The notes under the pieces: model-generated
The model's database searches: none
Told to the model about the DNA's origin: nothing
Seen by the model: only the letters and a program-made list of their open reading frames with translations
Assembly: GCA_040390915.1 (NCBI GenBank)
Contig: JAZJXM010000005.1
Span: 23,343-87,342 of the forward strand
Reading direction: 5' to 3'
Origin: Pseudomonadota bacterium
Lineage (GTDB): Bacteria > Pseudomonadota > Gammaproteobacteria > Burkholderiales > Burkholderiaceae_D
DNA length: 64,000 bases
In this document: in pieces, positions 38,953 through 48,282 of the stretch
How the letters are laid out: each line of letters opens with the position of its first letter
Position numbering within the stretch: the first letter of the stretch is position 1
Position numbers and translations under genes: made by a program

Positions 38953-40476
38953 ATGCCTCAAGACGTCGACCAGAATCCCCCTGTGCCTCCTGCCTGCACA
39001 CTCCCCTTAGCCGAACATCGCGCGCCCGAGCAGCCTGGCGCATGGGGCCGCATTACGCAGTCGGCGCGCTTGCGCGCAGCCATGGATTCGCTGCTGGTGT
39101 CGAACGTGATCGTGCTGGTGCTGTGGCTGCTGGTCTGGCACCTGGGCCGGCTGGTCGAATATACCGAACACGCCAGCGTGTGGTTCCCGGCCGCGGGCCT
39201 GACGTTTTCCGTGTTGCTGTTGCATGGCGTGCGCCTTGTGCCCGGCCTGCTTGGCGCCTGCGTGCTGATCACCATCTGGGTCGGGCGCACGCATGGCATG
39301 GCGCTGGACGACTGGCAGCTCGCTTACGCCGGCGTGCTGTTCGGCCTGGCCCATATCGCCGCCTATGCGCTGGGCGCGCTGGGCTTGCGCCAGATCGCGC
39401 TGCGCGCCAATCCCGAACTGCCGCTGCTGGTGATCGGCTTCCTGCTGATCGCTGCGGCCAGCGCGCTGCTGGCCACCGTCACCGGCCTGGCCTCGCTGGT
39501 GTACTCGGGGATGATGCCGGCGCGCGATCTGGGCGCCACCTGGCTGCCATTCTGGATCGGCGATCTGGCCGGCGTGATCGTGCTGGCGCCTTTTTTTGGC
39601 GCCGCGCTGATCACGCTGGCGCCGTCGAACGCGCTGTTCCTGAGCGCGTCGCTCAACCTCAATCACCGGCGCGCCAGTGCCCGCTTCAAGTACAAGCTGC
39701 TGGTGACGCTGCTGCTGGTGGCGTCATCCATGTGGCTGGCCCATGCCAGCCGCTCGCCCAATAGCGCGTTCGCCATTTTCTTCCTGGTCGTCCCCTACAT
39801 GTGGATCGCCAGCACCGAATCGGCTTTCTGCAACATCCTCAGCCTGACGCTGGGCAGCGTGACCATTGCGCTGCTGGTGCATGTTTTCGGGCTCAAGGAA
39901 TTTTCGATGGTGTACCAGTTCGCCATCAACGTGATCGCCGCCAATACCCTGTTTGCGCTGGCCCTGCCGACACTGCTGGCAGACAATATCGCGCTGCGCC
40001 GGATCGCCGACACCGACGCGCTGACCCAGACCGCCTCGCGCAGCCACCTCGAACAGCGTGCCCGCCAGGACATGCTGCGCTGCCGCGCCCACCGCGAAGC
40101 GCTGGCGGTAATTGTGTTCGACATCGACCACTTCAAGCACATCAACGACTGCGCCGGTCACGCCGTCGGCGACCTGGCGCTCCAGCATGCGTGCCAGATC
40201 GCCCAACACGCGCTGCGCCCGAGCGACATCCTGGGCCGCCTGGGCGGCGATGAATTTGTCGCCCTGCTGCCGGGTAACGATCACGCTGCCGCGTGCGCTA
40301 TCGCCGAGCGCATCCGGGTGCAGCTACAGAACAGCCCGCTGGCCGATGGCGCGCAGCTCACGGCCAGCTTCGGCATCGCCGCAATGGGCCCCGACGACAG
40401 CTACGAGTCGCTGCTGGCACGCGCCGACAAGGCCTTGTACGTGGCCAAGCTCGGTGGCCGCAACCGGGTCGCCTGA
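38953..40476 (+). CDS. MASE1-like membrane sensor diguanylate cyclase (GGDEF)
   Basis: About 300 aa of polytopic N-terminus, then a GGDEF domain (DIDHFKHINDCAGHAVGD, RLGGDEFVALLP, RADKALYVAKLGGRNRV). Confidence 0.88.
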   Translation: MPQDVDQNPPVPPACTLPLAEHRAPEQPGAWGRITQSARLRAAMDSLLVSNVIVLVLWLLVWHLGRLVEYTEHASVWFPAAGLTFSVLLLHGVRLVPGLLGACVLITIWVGRTHGMALDDWQLAYAGVLFGLAHIAAYALGALGLRQIALRANPELPLLVIGFLLIAAASALLATVTGLASLVYSGMMPARDLGATWLPFWIGDLAGVIVLAPFFGAALITLAPSNALFLSASLNLNHRRASARFKYKLLVTLLLVASSMWLAHASRSPNSAFAIFFLVVPYMWIASTESAFCNILSLTLGSVTIALLVHVFGLKEFSMVYQFAINVIAANTLFALALPTLLADNIALRRIADTDALTQTASRSHLEQRARQDMLRCRAHREALAVIVFDIDHFKHINDCAGHAVGDLALQHACQIAQHALRPSDILGRLGGDEFVALLPGNDHAAACAIAERIRVQLQNSPLADGAQLTASFGIAAMGPDDSYESLLARADKALYVAKLGGRNRVA

Positions 40477-40547
40477 CAAGCAGCTTGACGCCGGTCCTGT
40501 TGCGCGCTGCTTGATTTGCCCAAGCGGCATCGCGGCTCAAATAAACC

Positions 40548-41318
40548 CTAATCCTTATGTGACTTGGGGCCGTGCTCACCTTCGTGGCCATGGCCATGGC
40601 CTTGCCCGTGCGGTGCATGTGCCTGGCCGTGCTGCTCGGGCGCGCGCCCGGCCGCTTCGCGTGGCTGCGGCGTTGGCCGCGGCGCTGGCGCTGCACGCGG
40701 CAGCGGTGGTGGCGCCAGGCCAACGGGCCGCTCCTGGTGACGCGGGACGGGCTGTGGCGGCGCCGGCAGCTGCTGGCGCACGACCGGATCGCGCGACTGA
40801 TAGCGGTAGTGCCTGCCGGCCAGCTGCTGGCTCTGCGCATCGGGCGGATAATTGCGCGCACTGTACTGGCGCTGGTAGTGCGGCAGCGGCGCCGGCGCCG
40901 GCGCCGCGCGCCGGTTCCAGCGGTTCCAGTCGTGATGACGCTCGCTCCAGCGCGGCCCCCAATGCTCGTGCCAGCGCGGCGGCGCATCGCGCCGCCAGTC
41001 CAGGAAATACGGCGGCGGCGCGCGGTAGTAACGCACCGGGACGCGCAGCACGTACAACGGCACGACATCGGGCTCGACCAATTCCCACGGGCCGTTATAC
41101 CAGCGACTGACGTACCAGTTGTCGTCCAGGTAGACCCAGTACAAGCCATCGTAGAAAAAGTAATTGGAGCGCAGCGAGGGCGCGTAATACACCGGATAGC
41201 CAGGCACCCTGACCAGGCGCGGATAGGACGACAGCGTAAGCCCGATGCTCAGCTGCGCCGACGCCGGCACGCCTGCCATACCAAGCAGCACGCACAGCAC
41301 AAGTAATGGAAGGCGCAT
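40548..41318 (-). CDS. Secreted protein with aromatic-rich N-domain and Pro/Arg/His-rich tail
   Basis: Signal peptide MRLPLLVLCVLLGMAGVPASA. YFFYDGLYWVYLDDNWYVSRWYNGPWELV. The tail ends HGQGHGHGHEGEHGPKSHKD. This frame was chosen over three overlapping track ORFs because of the signal peptide. Confidence 0.6.
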   Translation of the reverse strand: MRLPLLVLCVLLGMAGVPASAQLSIGLTLSSYPRLVRVPGYPVYYAPSLRSNYFFYDGLYWVYLDDNWYVSRWYNGPWELVEPDVVPLYVLRVPVRYYRAPPPYFLDWRRDAPPRWHEHWGPRWSERHHDWNRWNRRAAPAPAPLPHYQRQYSARNYPPDAQSQQLAGRHYRYQSRDPVVRQQLPAPPQPVPRHQERPVGLAPPPLPRAAPAPRPTPQPREAAGRAPEQHGQAHAPHGQGHGHGHEGEHGPKSHKD

Positions 41319-41458
41319 GATTTCTCCTGTAGCCGGTCAGACCGCATGGTCCGCCCACACAGGAAAATTTACTCGGAGCAGCGCCACTATGTCTGTGCGC
41401 TATCGAACATGAGCGCCAATCCGAGGCCGGTCCGGCCCCGGTTGGCTGCAGCGCACGC

Positions 41459-41875
41459 TTAGCGTGAACTGACCAGGCGCGATGCCTGCACCAGGCTGGC
41501 CTGAGACCCTTGGCCGGGCACGACCATCAATATATAGCCACTGGCATCACCGAGATCGTCGATGTCGAGCGAGATCTTCAATTCACGGTCGAGCGAAACG
41601 AACTCATTGAGCCTGGACGCGACCAGTTCCTTGGCCGGCCGCCCCCCCACCGTCGCATACAAATGGCGTCCCGACTGGCCCACGAACAGCTCTTCGCCGT
41701 TGGCCAGCGAATAGCCGCCTTTGTACTTGGTGACGTCAATCCGGTGCAATGGCACGGGATTGACAGGCAGTTCAATCTGATAACCGCGCACCCGCACTTG
41801 CGAGTCTTCCGCGGTCTGTGCGGGCGCTGTCAGCGACAGTCCTCCCAATAACGCAAACAGGATCATCCTTTTCAT
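41459..41875 (-). CDS. Small secreted protein, paralog 2
   Basis: GGAGG RBS. MKRMILFALLGGLSLTAPAQT. Paralogous to the ORF at 38246..38650. Confidence 0.65.
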   Translation of the reverse strand: MKRMILFALLGGLSLTAPAQTAEDSQVRVRGYQIELPVNPVPLHRIDVTKYKGGYSLANGEELFVGQSGRHLYATVGGRPAKELVASRLNEFVSLDRELKISLDIDDLGDASGYILMVVPGQGSQASLVQASRLVSSR

Positions 41876-42003
41876 ATCAACCTCCATGTAGAGAGCCGGT
41901 GAATCAACGATACGGCCTTGTGCGGCGGGCTGTTCAGCGGGATGACTCACGCATCCCACTTAATAAATATAGTCACTATTCGGCGCGAGGGAAGGTTCTT
42001 TTT

Positions 42004-42185
42004 GATGCGGCAACGTCTTATATTTTGCGCGCATATGCATGCATATAGGCCGCATATTGACGCTGATATTGGCGATGCGGCAGCGTTGTATTTTGCGCAC
42101 TCGTTTCCAAATGGCCAAGGAATGCATGGACAGATTTTCTATCTGTCTATACATTGTTAGCGGCAACGGATATGCATACGCGCGG
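42004..42185 (+). promoter_or_regulatory. Repeat-rich AT-rich leader/promoter region of the TonB-dependent receptor
   Basis: GATGCGGCAACGTCTTATATTTTGCGC (42004-42030) is repeated as GATGCGGCAGCGTTGTATTTTGCGC (42074-42098). A third GCGGCAACG lies at 42160-42168. A 14-bp palindrome ATATGCATGCATAT lies at 42033-42046. Confidence 0.35.
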
Positions 42186-42306
42186 ACTCGGTGTCGAGCG
42201 AGCGAGCAGGCCGAACAGTGGAGTGAGAATTGGAAGGCCCGGTACAGGACCTGCAATTCCCGGTAGTTTATTTTTTTTTGCAACGCATTGCCTAAGGAAG
42301 ATCTAC

Positions 42307-44829
42307 ATGACAAAAGCAACAGCAATTCATATCGCCGTCCTCATGCTCTGCAGCGGCGCCGCGATCGCCCAGACCTCGGCACCAGCGGCCCCTGCGGCAA
42401 ACGGCGACGAGACCATTCAAAAGGTCGTCATCGTATCCACCGGTAGCCGCGGTTCCCAGCGCACCGTGGTCGACGCACCGGTCCCGGTTGATATTCTGTC
42501 GGCACGCGAAATCGGCAAGTCCGGCCAGTACTCGCTGGACAAGGCACTCGGCTTTCGCATCCCATCGTTCAACTCCGTGCAAACCCCGGTCAACGATGCC
42601 AGCTCGATGCTCGACCCTTACGAGATCCGCAACATGGGTCCTAGCCGCGCACTGATCCTCATCAACGGCAAGCGCAAAAATTCGAGCGCGCTCGTGTACG
42701 CGCAGCAGTCGCCAGGCCGCGGCGAAAGCGGCGCTGACATTGGCGCCATTCCGACCGACGCCATCAAGCGCATCGAAATCCTGCGCGACGGCGCCTCGGC
42801 CCAATACGGCTCCGACGCGATCGCCGGCGTGGTCAACATCATCCTCAAGGACAGCCCGAACGAAGGCGCGTTCACTTACCGCACCGGCATCACCAGCCAC
42901 AGCGATGGCCGCATGAATGCGATCACGCTCAACAATGGCTTTAGCCTGATGGACCGCGGCTTCGTCAACTTCACGGCCGAAATGTCCCGGGTCGGCGAAG
43001 CGCAGCGCTCGGGCAAGATGAGCGCGGCCGGCGAAGCGGACATGTGGGGGCTGCCGTTGGCCCAGGTGCAGTCCTTCCTCAACAAAATGCCCGACGGTGG
43101 CAACCGCAACTCGTCGCCGGAAACCCATGCCCGCAAATTCCTCGTCAACGCCGGCCTGGATCTCGCTGAAGGCCAGCGCGCCTACGGCAATTTCGAGATC
43201 GTCCAGAAGAAGGTGTACAGCTACGGCAACTACCGCAACCCGTTCTGGCGCGAGACCGACTTTGGCTTGCTGCATCCGGCCGGCACCGAGTACATGGGCT
43301 TCCAGCCTACGCTCAAGGGCAAGCTGCTCGATTACAGCGGCACGTTCGGCATCAAGACTGCCAACATGGGCGGCTGGACCACGGACTTCAGCATCACCAC
43401 CGGTGGCAACGAGCAGGACTACCATGTCGGCCATACCATCAACGTGACGCTGGGCGCGGATTCGCCGACCGAATTTGACGCCGGCGGCGTGGTATTCCAG
43501 CACACCGTAATGAATGCCGACGCATCGAAACAGATCACCGACAAGCTCAACTTCTACATGGGCACCGAGCTGCGCTGGGAACTGTTCCAAACGATCGCCG
43601 GCGACCCGGCCTCGTATGAAGGACGTGGCGCCGAATCGTATTACGGCAACACGGCCACCGATTCATTCACGTCCGACCGCCACAACTATGGCGTGTACTT
43701 CGGCAGCTCGTACGACATCAGCGACCGCTGGATGGTGGACGCCACCGGCCGCTTTGAAAAATACAGCGACTTCGGCAACGCCAACGTGTGGAAGCTGGCC
43801 AGCCGCTTCAAGCTCAACGACAAAGTCACGCTGCGCGGCTCGGTGTCGACCGGCTTCCGGGCGCCGTCGCTGCACCAGATCTACACCCAGAAAGCACAGT
43901 ATTCCTTCGTGCCTGGACAAGGCGTGCTGGTTTCCGGTATCGTCAGCAACACCTCGGCCGCCGCACGCAAACTGGACGTCGCCGCGCTCAAGCCGGAAAA
44001 ATCGGACAACATCACGCTGGGCCTGGGCGTGACGCCGAACAAAGACACCAGCATGACGCTCGACTACTACAACATCCGCATGAAGGACCGCGTGGTGCTG
44101 GGTAACGAAATCGTGCCAAGCAGCGATCCAGCCGCCGCAGACCTGAACGCCGTCATGGCCGAACTGGGCATCACGTCGGTGGCGTTTTTCACCAATGCGA
44201 TTGACACCAAGACGTCCGGCATCGATGTCGTCTACAGCCGCAAGAACCTGGACCTGGCCGGCGGCAAGCTGGCAGTGAACGTGTCGGGCAACTACACGAT
44301 CGAGAACAAGCGCGTGGGCGACGTGCGCAACCAGCCGAAGATCGCAGCGGCGCACCAGACCGTGCTCACCGAGACGCAAGAAGCGCTGATGCTCACCTCG
44401 CGTCCGAAGTACAAGGCGATCCTGGGCTTCGACCTCGATTACGCCAAAGTCAACTACTCGCTGACCAACACGATGTTCGGGCCGACCACGTTCCACCAGC
44501 TCGGTATCGACGCTAACCTCGACACCAAGTTCAAGACCAAGACGCTGACCGACTTTGCCGTCAACTTCAAGATGAGCGAAAAAGTCACGCTGACCTTCAA
44601 CGTCAACAACATGTTCAACATCACCCCGAAGTGGGACTTCAAGGCCAAGAACGCAGCCGGCACCGCTTTGCTGACCGATCCGTCGCTGTCGCCGAACGGC
44701 CAGACCCGTCGCGAGCAACAGTCTGACCTGCTGACCTTCAATGGCCGCTACCCGCAAGTGACCTACGATGGCTCGCACTTCAGCCAGCTGGGCCGCATCT
44801 ACAACGCGGCCGTCAACGTCAAGTTCTAA
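42307..44829 (+). CDS. TonB-dependent outer membrane receptor
   Basis: AAGGAAG RBS. Signal peptide, plug motifs (IEILRDGASAQYGSDAIAGVVNIILK), and a C-terminal ...AAVNVKF barrel end. Confidence 0.92.
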   Translation: MTKATAIHIAVLMLCSGAAIAQTSAPAAPAANGDETIQKVVIVSTGSRGSQRTVVDAPVPVDILSAREIGKSGQYSLDKALGFRIPSFNSVQTPVNDASSMLDPYEIRNMGPSRALILINGKRKNSSALVYAQQSPGRGESGADIGAIPTDAIKRIEILRDGASAQYGSDAIAGVVNIILKDSPNEGAFTYRTGITSHSDGRMNAITLNNGFSLMDRGFVNFTAEMSRVGEAQRSGKMSAAGEADMWGLPLAQVQSFLNKMPDGGNRNSSPETHARKFLVNAGLDLAEGQRAYGNFEIVQKKVYSYGNYRNPFWRETDFGLLHPAGTEYMGFQPTLKGKLLDYSGTFGIKTANMGGWTTDFSITTGGNEQDYHVGHTINVTLGADSPTEFDAGGVVFQHTVMNADASKQITDKLNFYMGTELRWELFQTIAGDPASYEGRGAESYYGNTATDSFTSDRHNYGVYFGSSYDISDRWMVDATGRFEKYSDFGNANVWKLASRFKLNDKVTLRGSVSTGFRAPSLHQIYTQKAQYSFVPGQGVLVSGIVSNTSAAARKLDVAALKPEKSDNITLGLGVTPNKDTSMTLDYYNIRMKDRVVLGNEIVPSSDPAAADLNAVMAELGITSVAFFTNAIDTKTSGIDVVYSRKNLDLAGGKLAVNVSGNYTIENKRVGDVRNQPKIAAAHQTVLTETQEALMLTSRPKYKAILGFDLDYAKVNYSLTNTMFGPTTFHQLGIDANLDTKFKTKTLTDFAVNFKMSEKVTLTFNVNNMFNITPKWDFKAKNAAGTALLTDPSLSPNGQTRREQQSDLLTFNGRYPQVTYDGSHFSQLGRIYNAAVNVKF

Positions 44830-44862
44830 GCATCGCAACACCACCAGCCTTTTGGCTGGCAG

Positions 44863-44892
44863 CCGCCCGGTTCGCGCCGGGCGGTTTTTTTT
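44863..44892 (+). terminator. Intrinsic terminator of the TonB-dependent receptor gene
   Basis: CCGCCCGG-TTCGCG-CCGGGCGG followed by T8. Confidence 0.7.
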
Positions 44893-44895
44893 CGC

Positions 44896-45645
44896 CTACT
44901 CGCGGAACAAATGGGTGAAGGTGCGGCTCACCGGCAGCTTTTCTGTGCTGCCGCGCAGGATCACTTCCATGCGCTCGGCGTCGATACGCTCGGCCGCCAG
45001 CACCGCCTTGACGTTGACCACGGTGCCGCGGTGGATCTGCCAGAAACACGCGCGGTCCAGGCCACCCAGCAAGTCCTTGAGCGCGATCTTGACCAGCGCT
45101 TCGGAGCCGGCCAGCACCACCCGCGTGTACTTGGTGTCGGACTGAAAAAACAAGACGTCCTGCACATCGATCAGGCGGATCTGCTTGCCCACCGTGGCCT
45201 TGATCCATTTAAGTTTGTCGGGCTGCGGGCCGGGTAGCGACGCCTTCAGCTGGCGCAGCAGGCCAGTCAGGTCGGCTGGCGCCGTGGCCAGCTTGTCGCG
45301 CAGGCGCGCCAGCGCCTTGTCCAGGCGCTCCGCTTGCACCGGCTTGAGCAGGTAGTCCACCGCGCCGGCGTCGAACGCCTCGACCGCGTACTGGTCGTAA
45401 GCGGTCACGAATACGATGTGGGCCGCGTTGCCGATACGCTCGGCCACTTCCAGCCCGGACAGCCCGGGCATGCGGATGTCAAGAAACACCACCTCCGGTT
45501 CATGCTCCAGGAAGCCATCCCAGGCGTCGTTGCCGTTTTCTGCCACCAGCACCACCTGCGCCTGCGGCCAGGCCTGGGCCAGCATCTCGAGCAAGCGCTC
45601 GCGCATCAGCGGTTCGTCTTCGGCGATCAGGATCCTGGTGCTCAT
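44896..45645 (-). CDS. LytR/AlgR-family response regulator (REC + LytTR)
   Basis: RILIAEDEPLMRERLLEML receiver domain. The C-terminal LytTR region has IRLIDVQDVLFFQSDTKYTRVV. Confidence 0.9.
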   Translation of the reverse strand: MSTRILIAEDEPLMRERLLEMLAQAWPQAQVVLVAENGNDAWDGFLEHEPEVVFLDIRMPGLSGLEVAERIGNAAHIVFVTAYDQYAVEAFDAGAVDYLLKPVQAERLDKALARLRDKLATAPADLTGLLRQLKASLPGPQPDKLKWIKATVGKQIRLIDVQDVLFFQSDTKYTRVVLAGSEALVKIALKDLLGGLDRACFWQIHRGTVVNVKAVLAAERIDAERMEVILRGSTEKLPVSRTFTHLFRE

Positions 45646-46877
45646 GGCGCGCCCATCGGCAATGTGATTTCGGCCAGCACGCCGCCGTCGGGCACGGCGC
45701 CGATCACCAGCGCACCGTGCGCGCCATACAGCAGCTGCAGCCGGCTGCGCACATTGGCCAGGCCTTCGCCGGCGCCGGCCTGTGCGCCAAGACCGGCCCC
45801 GCTATCGCGCACGGCCAGCGTCAACGTGGCGCCATCGCTGCGCGCGCTGACCACCACTTCGCCGCCGCGCAAGGACGGCTCGATGCCGTGCTTGATCGCG
45901 TTTTCCACCAGCGTGAGCAGCATCATGCTGGGCACGTTCACTGCGGCCAGTTGCGGCGCCAGTTCCAGCCGGTACAGCAGGCGCGCTCCCAGCCGCGCCG
46001 CCATCACTTGCAGATAGGCCTCGACCAGGCCGAAGTCGGCCGCCAGCGTCACTTGTTCGCTGCGCATTTCACTCAGGCTGGCGCGCAGGAAGGCGATCAG
46101 GTTGGCGGTCAGTTCGGCCGCGCGCGGCGCGTCTTTTTCGGCCAGCTGCTGGACCGCGCCGAGCGTATTGAACAGGAAATGCGGCTCGATCTGCGCATGC
46201 AGCATGCGCAAACGCGTTTCGCTCAGTGTGCGGGCGGCGCGTTCGCGTTCGGCGTCCAGTTCCAGCTTGGCCGTCAGCGCCTCGTATTGCCGGTTGCGCA
46301 GCGCGCCCACCACCGCCATCGGCAGCGCGAAGAACAGCCCGGCGCCGGCACCGTACAGCAGCGTCTTGAACCAGCTCGTCTCGAACGCCCGGTCCACGCT
46401 GATGCCCTGGCTGTGCGCCATGGTGCGCGCGCCAACCAGCGCGGCGGCGGCGGCGAACACCACCAGTACCAGCGCGGTGCGCACCGCCTCGCCTGCCATG
46501 CGGCGGTAATTGAAATAGGCGATCATCAGGAAGGCGCTACCTGCCAGGCCGACAAAATTGGTCACGACCACCAGCGCCACCCAGTTCGGAGCTGGCAAGA
46601 CCAGGTGCAGCGCGAGGCCGAGCGCGCTAAACAACACGATCAGCTTGGCCAGCGCCAGGTAGCCGCGCCGGCCGCGGTAGGCCAGCGTAAATTCACGCAG
46701 CTGCGCGCGTTCGATCGGCGACATGCGAGCGACCTTGGCAGCCATGCGGCTGCGCATCGGGGATCCTGTCGCGATAAGCGCGCCGGGGTCTTCCAGCATG
46801 CGCAGCTGGTCGGCTTCCCAAGCGCGGTGCCATGCAATAAAGCGCTTCCACATGCTGCCTCCAAGGGCTTCTATCAA
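45642..46877 (-). CDS. LytS/YehU-type sensor histidine kinase
   Basis: Membrane N-terminus, His_kinase box HAQIEPHFLFNTL, and an HATPase tail. Its stop overlaps the regulator start. ATG 46853 is an alternative start. Confidence 0.85.
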   Translation of the reverse strand: MIEALGGSMWKRFIAWHRAWEADQLRMLEDPGALIATGSPMRSRMAAKVARMSPIERAQLREFTLAYRGRRGYLALAKLIVLFSALGLALHLVLPAPNWVALVVVTNFVGLAGSAFLMIAYFNYRRMAGEAVRTALVLVVFAAAAALVGARTMAHSQGISVDRAFETSWFKTLLYGAGAGLFFALPMAVVGALRNRQYEALTAKLELDAERERAARTLSETRLRMLHAQIEPHFLFNTLGAVQQLAEKDAPRAAELTANLIAFLRASLSEMRSEQVTLAADFGLVEAYLQVMAARLGARLLYRLELAPQLAAVNVPSMMLLTLVENAIKHGIEPSLRGGEVVVSARSDGATLTLAVRDSGAGLGAQAGAGEGLANVRSRLQLLYGAHGALVIGAVPDGGVLAEITLPMGAP

Positions 46878-46964
46878 TGAGGCAGTCTAAGGCAAGCGCG
46901 CGCTGGCGGGAAGCGGCCGGCGACCAAGCACGATAGCGGAGCAATGAAGCACGATGCACAGGCG

Positions 46965-48188
46965 TCAGAGCGCCAGCTGCCTGGCCGCGCGCAAGCCAGC
47001 GGCCAGTTGCGCGAATGCCTGCGCCCTGGCCTCCGCGCCGGGCACCCGCAGCACATAGGAGGGGTGATACACGGCCACGATCCAGCGGCCCTGGTGCTGG
47101 AATGGCTTATCCATGACGTCCTTGAGCGTGGCGTGCGGGTTGCCAGTGACAGCCTTGAGCGCGGTGCTGCCGAGCGCCACAACGACACGCGGGCGCACCT
47201 GGGCCAGCTCCTGGTCCAGCCAATGGCTGCAAGCAGCCACCTCGCGCTGGGCTGGTGTCTTGTGCATGCGGCGCTTGCCGCGCGGCTCCCATTTGAAATG
47301 CTTGACGGCGTTGGTCAGGTACACCGCGCGCCGCTCCAGGCCCGCTTGCACCAGCGCGCGCTCGAGCACCTTGCCGGCCGGGCCGACAAACGGCTGGCCG
47401 GCCAGGTCTTCCTGGTCGCCCGGCTGCTCGCCGAGCAGCATGATCGCCGCGTGCTGGGGCCCGGCGCCAGGCACGGCCTGGGTCGCATGCTGCCACAGGC
47501 CGCAGCGGCGGCAGGCGTTGAGCGCGGCTCGTTGCGGCGTGCCGACCAGGTCCGCATGCAGGCGCGCCGGTGTGTAGACCGCGCGATAGTAGCTGGCGTC
47601 GGCGTCCAGCGACGGTTCGAGCAGCGGCCCCGTATAGTGCAGCGCCGCGCCATCCCAGGCCACGCTGGCCTCGGGCGTGGCGATCATCCACGTAACGCCC
47701 GCCAGGCGCGCGGCGAAGTGGCGCGCCAGCAGCGGCAGCACGTCGTGGCCCGGCTCGCACCAGGCCACCAGCCGCGGCGGGCCGGCGTCCTCGCGCCGTT
47801 CGCGAAAGCGGATCCGCGCATGCATGTCGCGCTCGTCGCGGCGCACCGCCAGCACCATCGCAAGCAGGCGCTGGCCGTCGGCGTCGCCGCACGACAGCAG
47901 CTGGCGTTCGCCGTGCTGCCAGCGCCACAGCACCAGGTACAAAAATGCCCAGCGGTTGGGCACGCGGCAGCAGGCTGCCAGGCGCAACATGGCCATCAAT
48001 TTGCGGGAGATGCGCAGTGTGGAATTGCAGGACGGGAGCGCCGGCGATGCCGGTTCGCCGGCACCGGCATGGTACAGCCATTGCACCGCATCGGGCGCCA
48101 CCTGGCGCGCCAGCAGTGCGCGTGCAGAGCAGCGCCACTCGTTAAACGAGCGCACCAGCACCGGACGGCTTTGCGCGAGCGCTTGCAT
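46965..48188 (-). CDS. DUF4130-like domain fused to a family-4 / UdgX-like uracil-DNA glycosylase
   Basis: The C-terminal half has CRRCGLW (Fe-S Cys), GEQPGDQED, KRRMH and HPSYVLR. The N-terminal ~200 aa (FLYLVLWRWQHG, MHARIRFRE) resembles DUF4130. Confidence 0.85.
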   Translation of the reverse strand: MQALAQSRPVLVRSFNEWRCSARALLARQVAPDAVQWLYHAGAGEPASPALPSCNSTLRISRKLMAMLRLAACCRVPNRWAFLYLVLWRWQHGERQLLSCGDADGQRLLAMVLAVRRDERDMHARIRFRERREDAGPPRLVAWCEPGHDVLPLLARHFAARLAGVTWMIATPEASVAWDGAALHYTGPLLEPSLDADASYYRAVYTPARLHADLVGTPQRAALNACRRCGLWQHATQAVPGAGPQHAAIMLLGEQPGDQEDLAGQPFVGPAGKVLERALVQAGLERRAVYLTNAVKHFKWEPRGKRRMHKTPAQREVAACSHWLDQELAQVRPRVVVALGSTALKAVTGNPHATLKDVMDKPFQHQGRWIVAVYHPSYVLRVPGAEARAQAFAQLAAGLRAARQLAL

Positions 48189-48282
48189 GGGAATGTCAGC
48201 TGTGAATCTCCCCGACAGTATCTACCGGCGCCGCCGCGGGCGCCGTTCGATACAGGCGGGCAAGGCGCCCGCCTGGCTGGCC

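Noticed and set aside
40112-41306. Three additional long ORFs (40112..41110 +, 40358..41149 -, 40572..41306 +) overlapping the Pro/His-rich gene
   Set aside because: The GC-rich low-complexity region is open in several frames. Only the 40548..41318 minus frame has a signal peptide and a structured aromatic-rich domain, so that frame was kept.
42100-42280. Possible cobalamin riboswitch upstream of the TonB-dependent receptor (GGAAGGC and AGGACCTGC resemble the GGGAAGGC and B12-box GAGACCTGCC elements)
   Set aside because: The rest of the conserved core (AGGGAA, GGTG..AATCC, GCCACTG) is not present in the right order, and the B12-box match is off by a base. The receptor is also much larger than BtuB. 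Not enough to call without an Infernal scan.
48189-48282. CTGT-N11-ACAGTA upstream of the UdgX-like gene as a possible SOS box
   Set aside because: The spacer is 11 nt rather than 8 and the centre is GC-rich. It does not fit the LexA consensus that the 12211 site matches.
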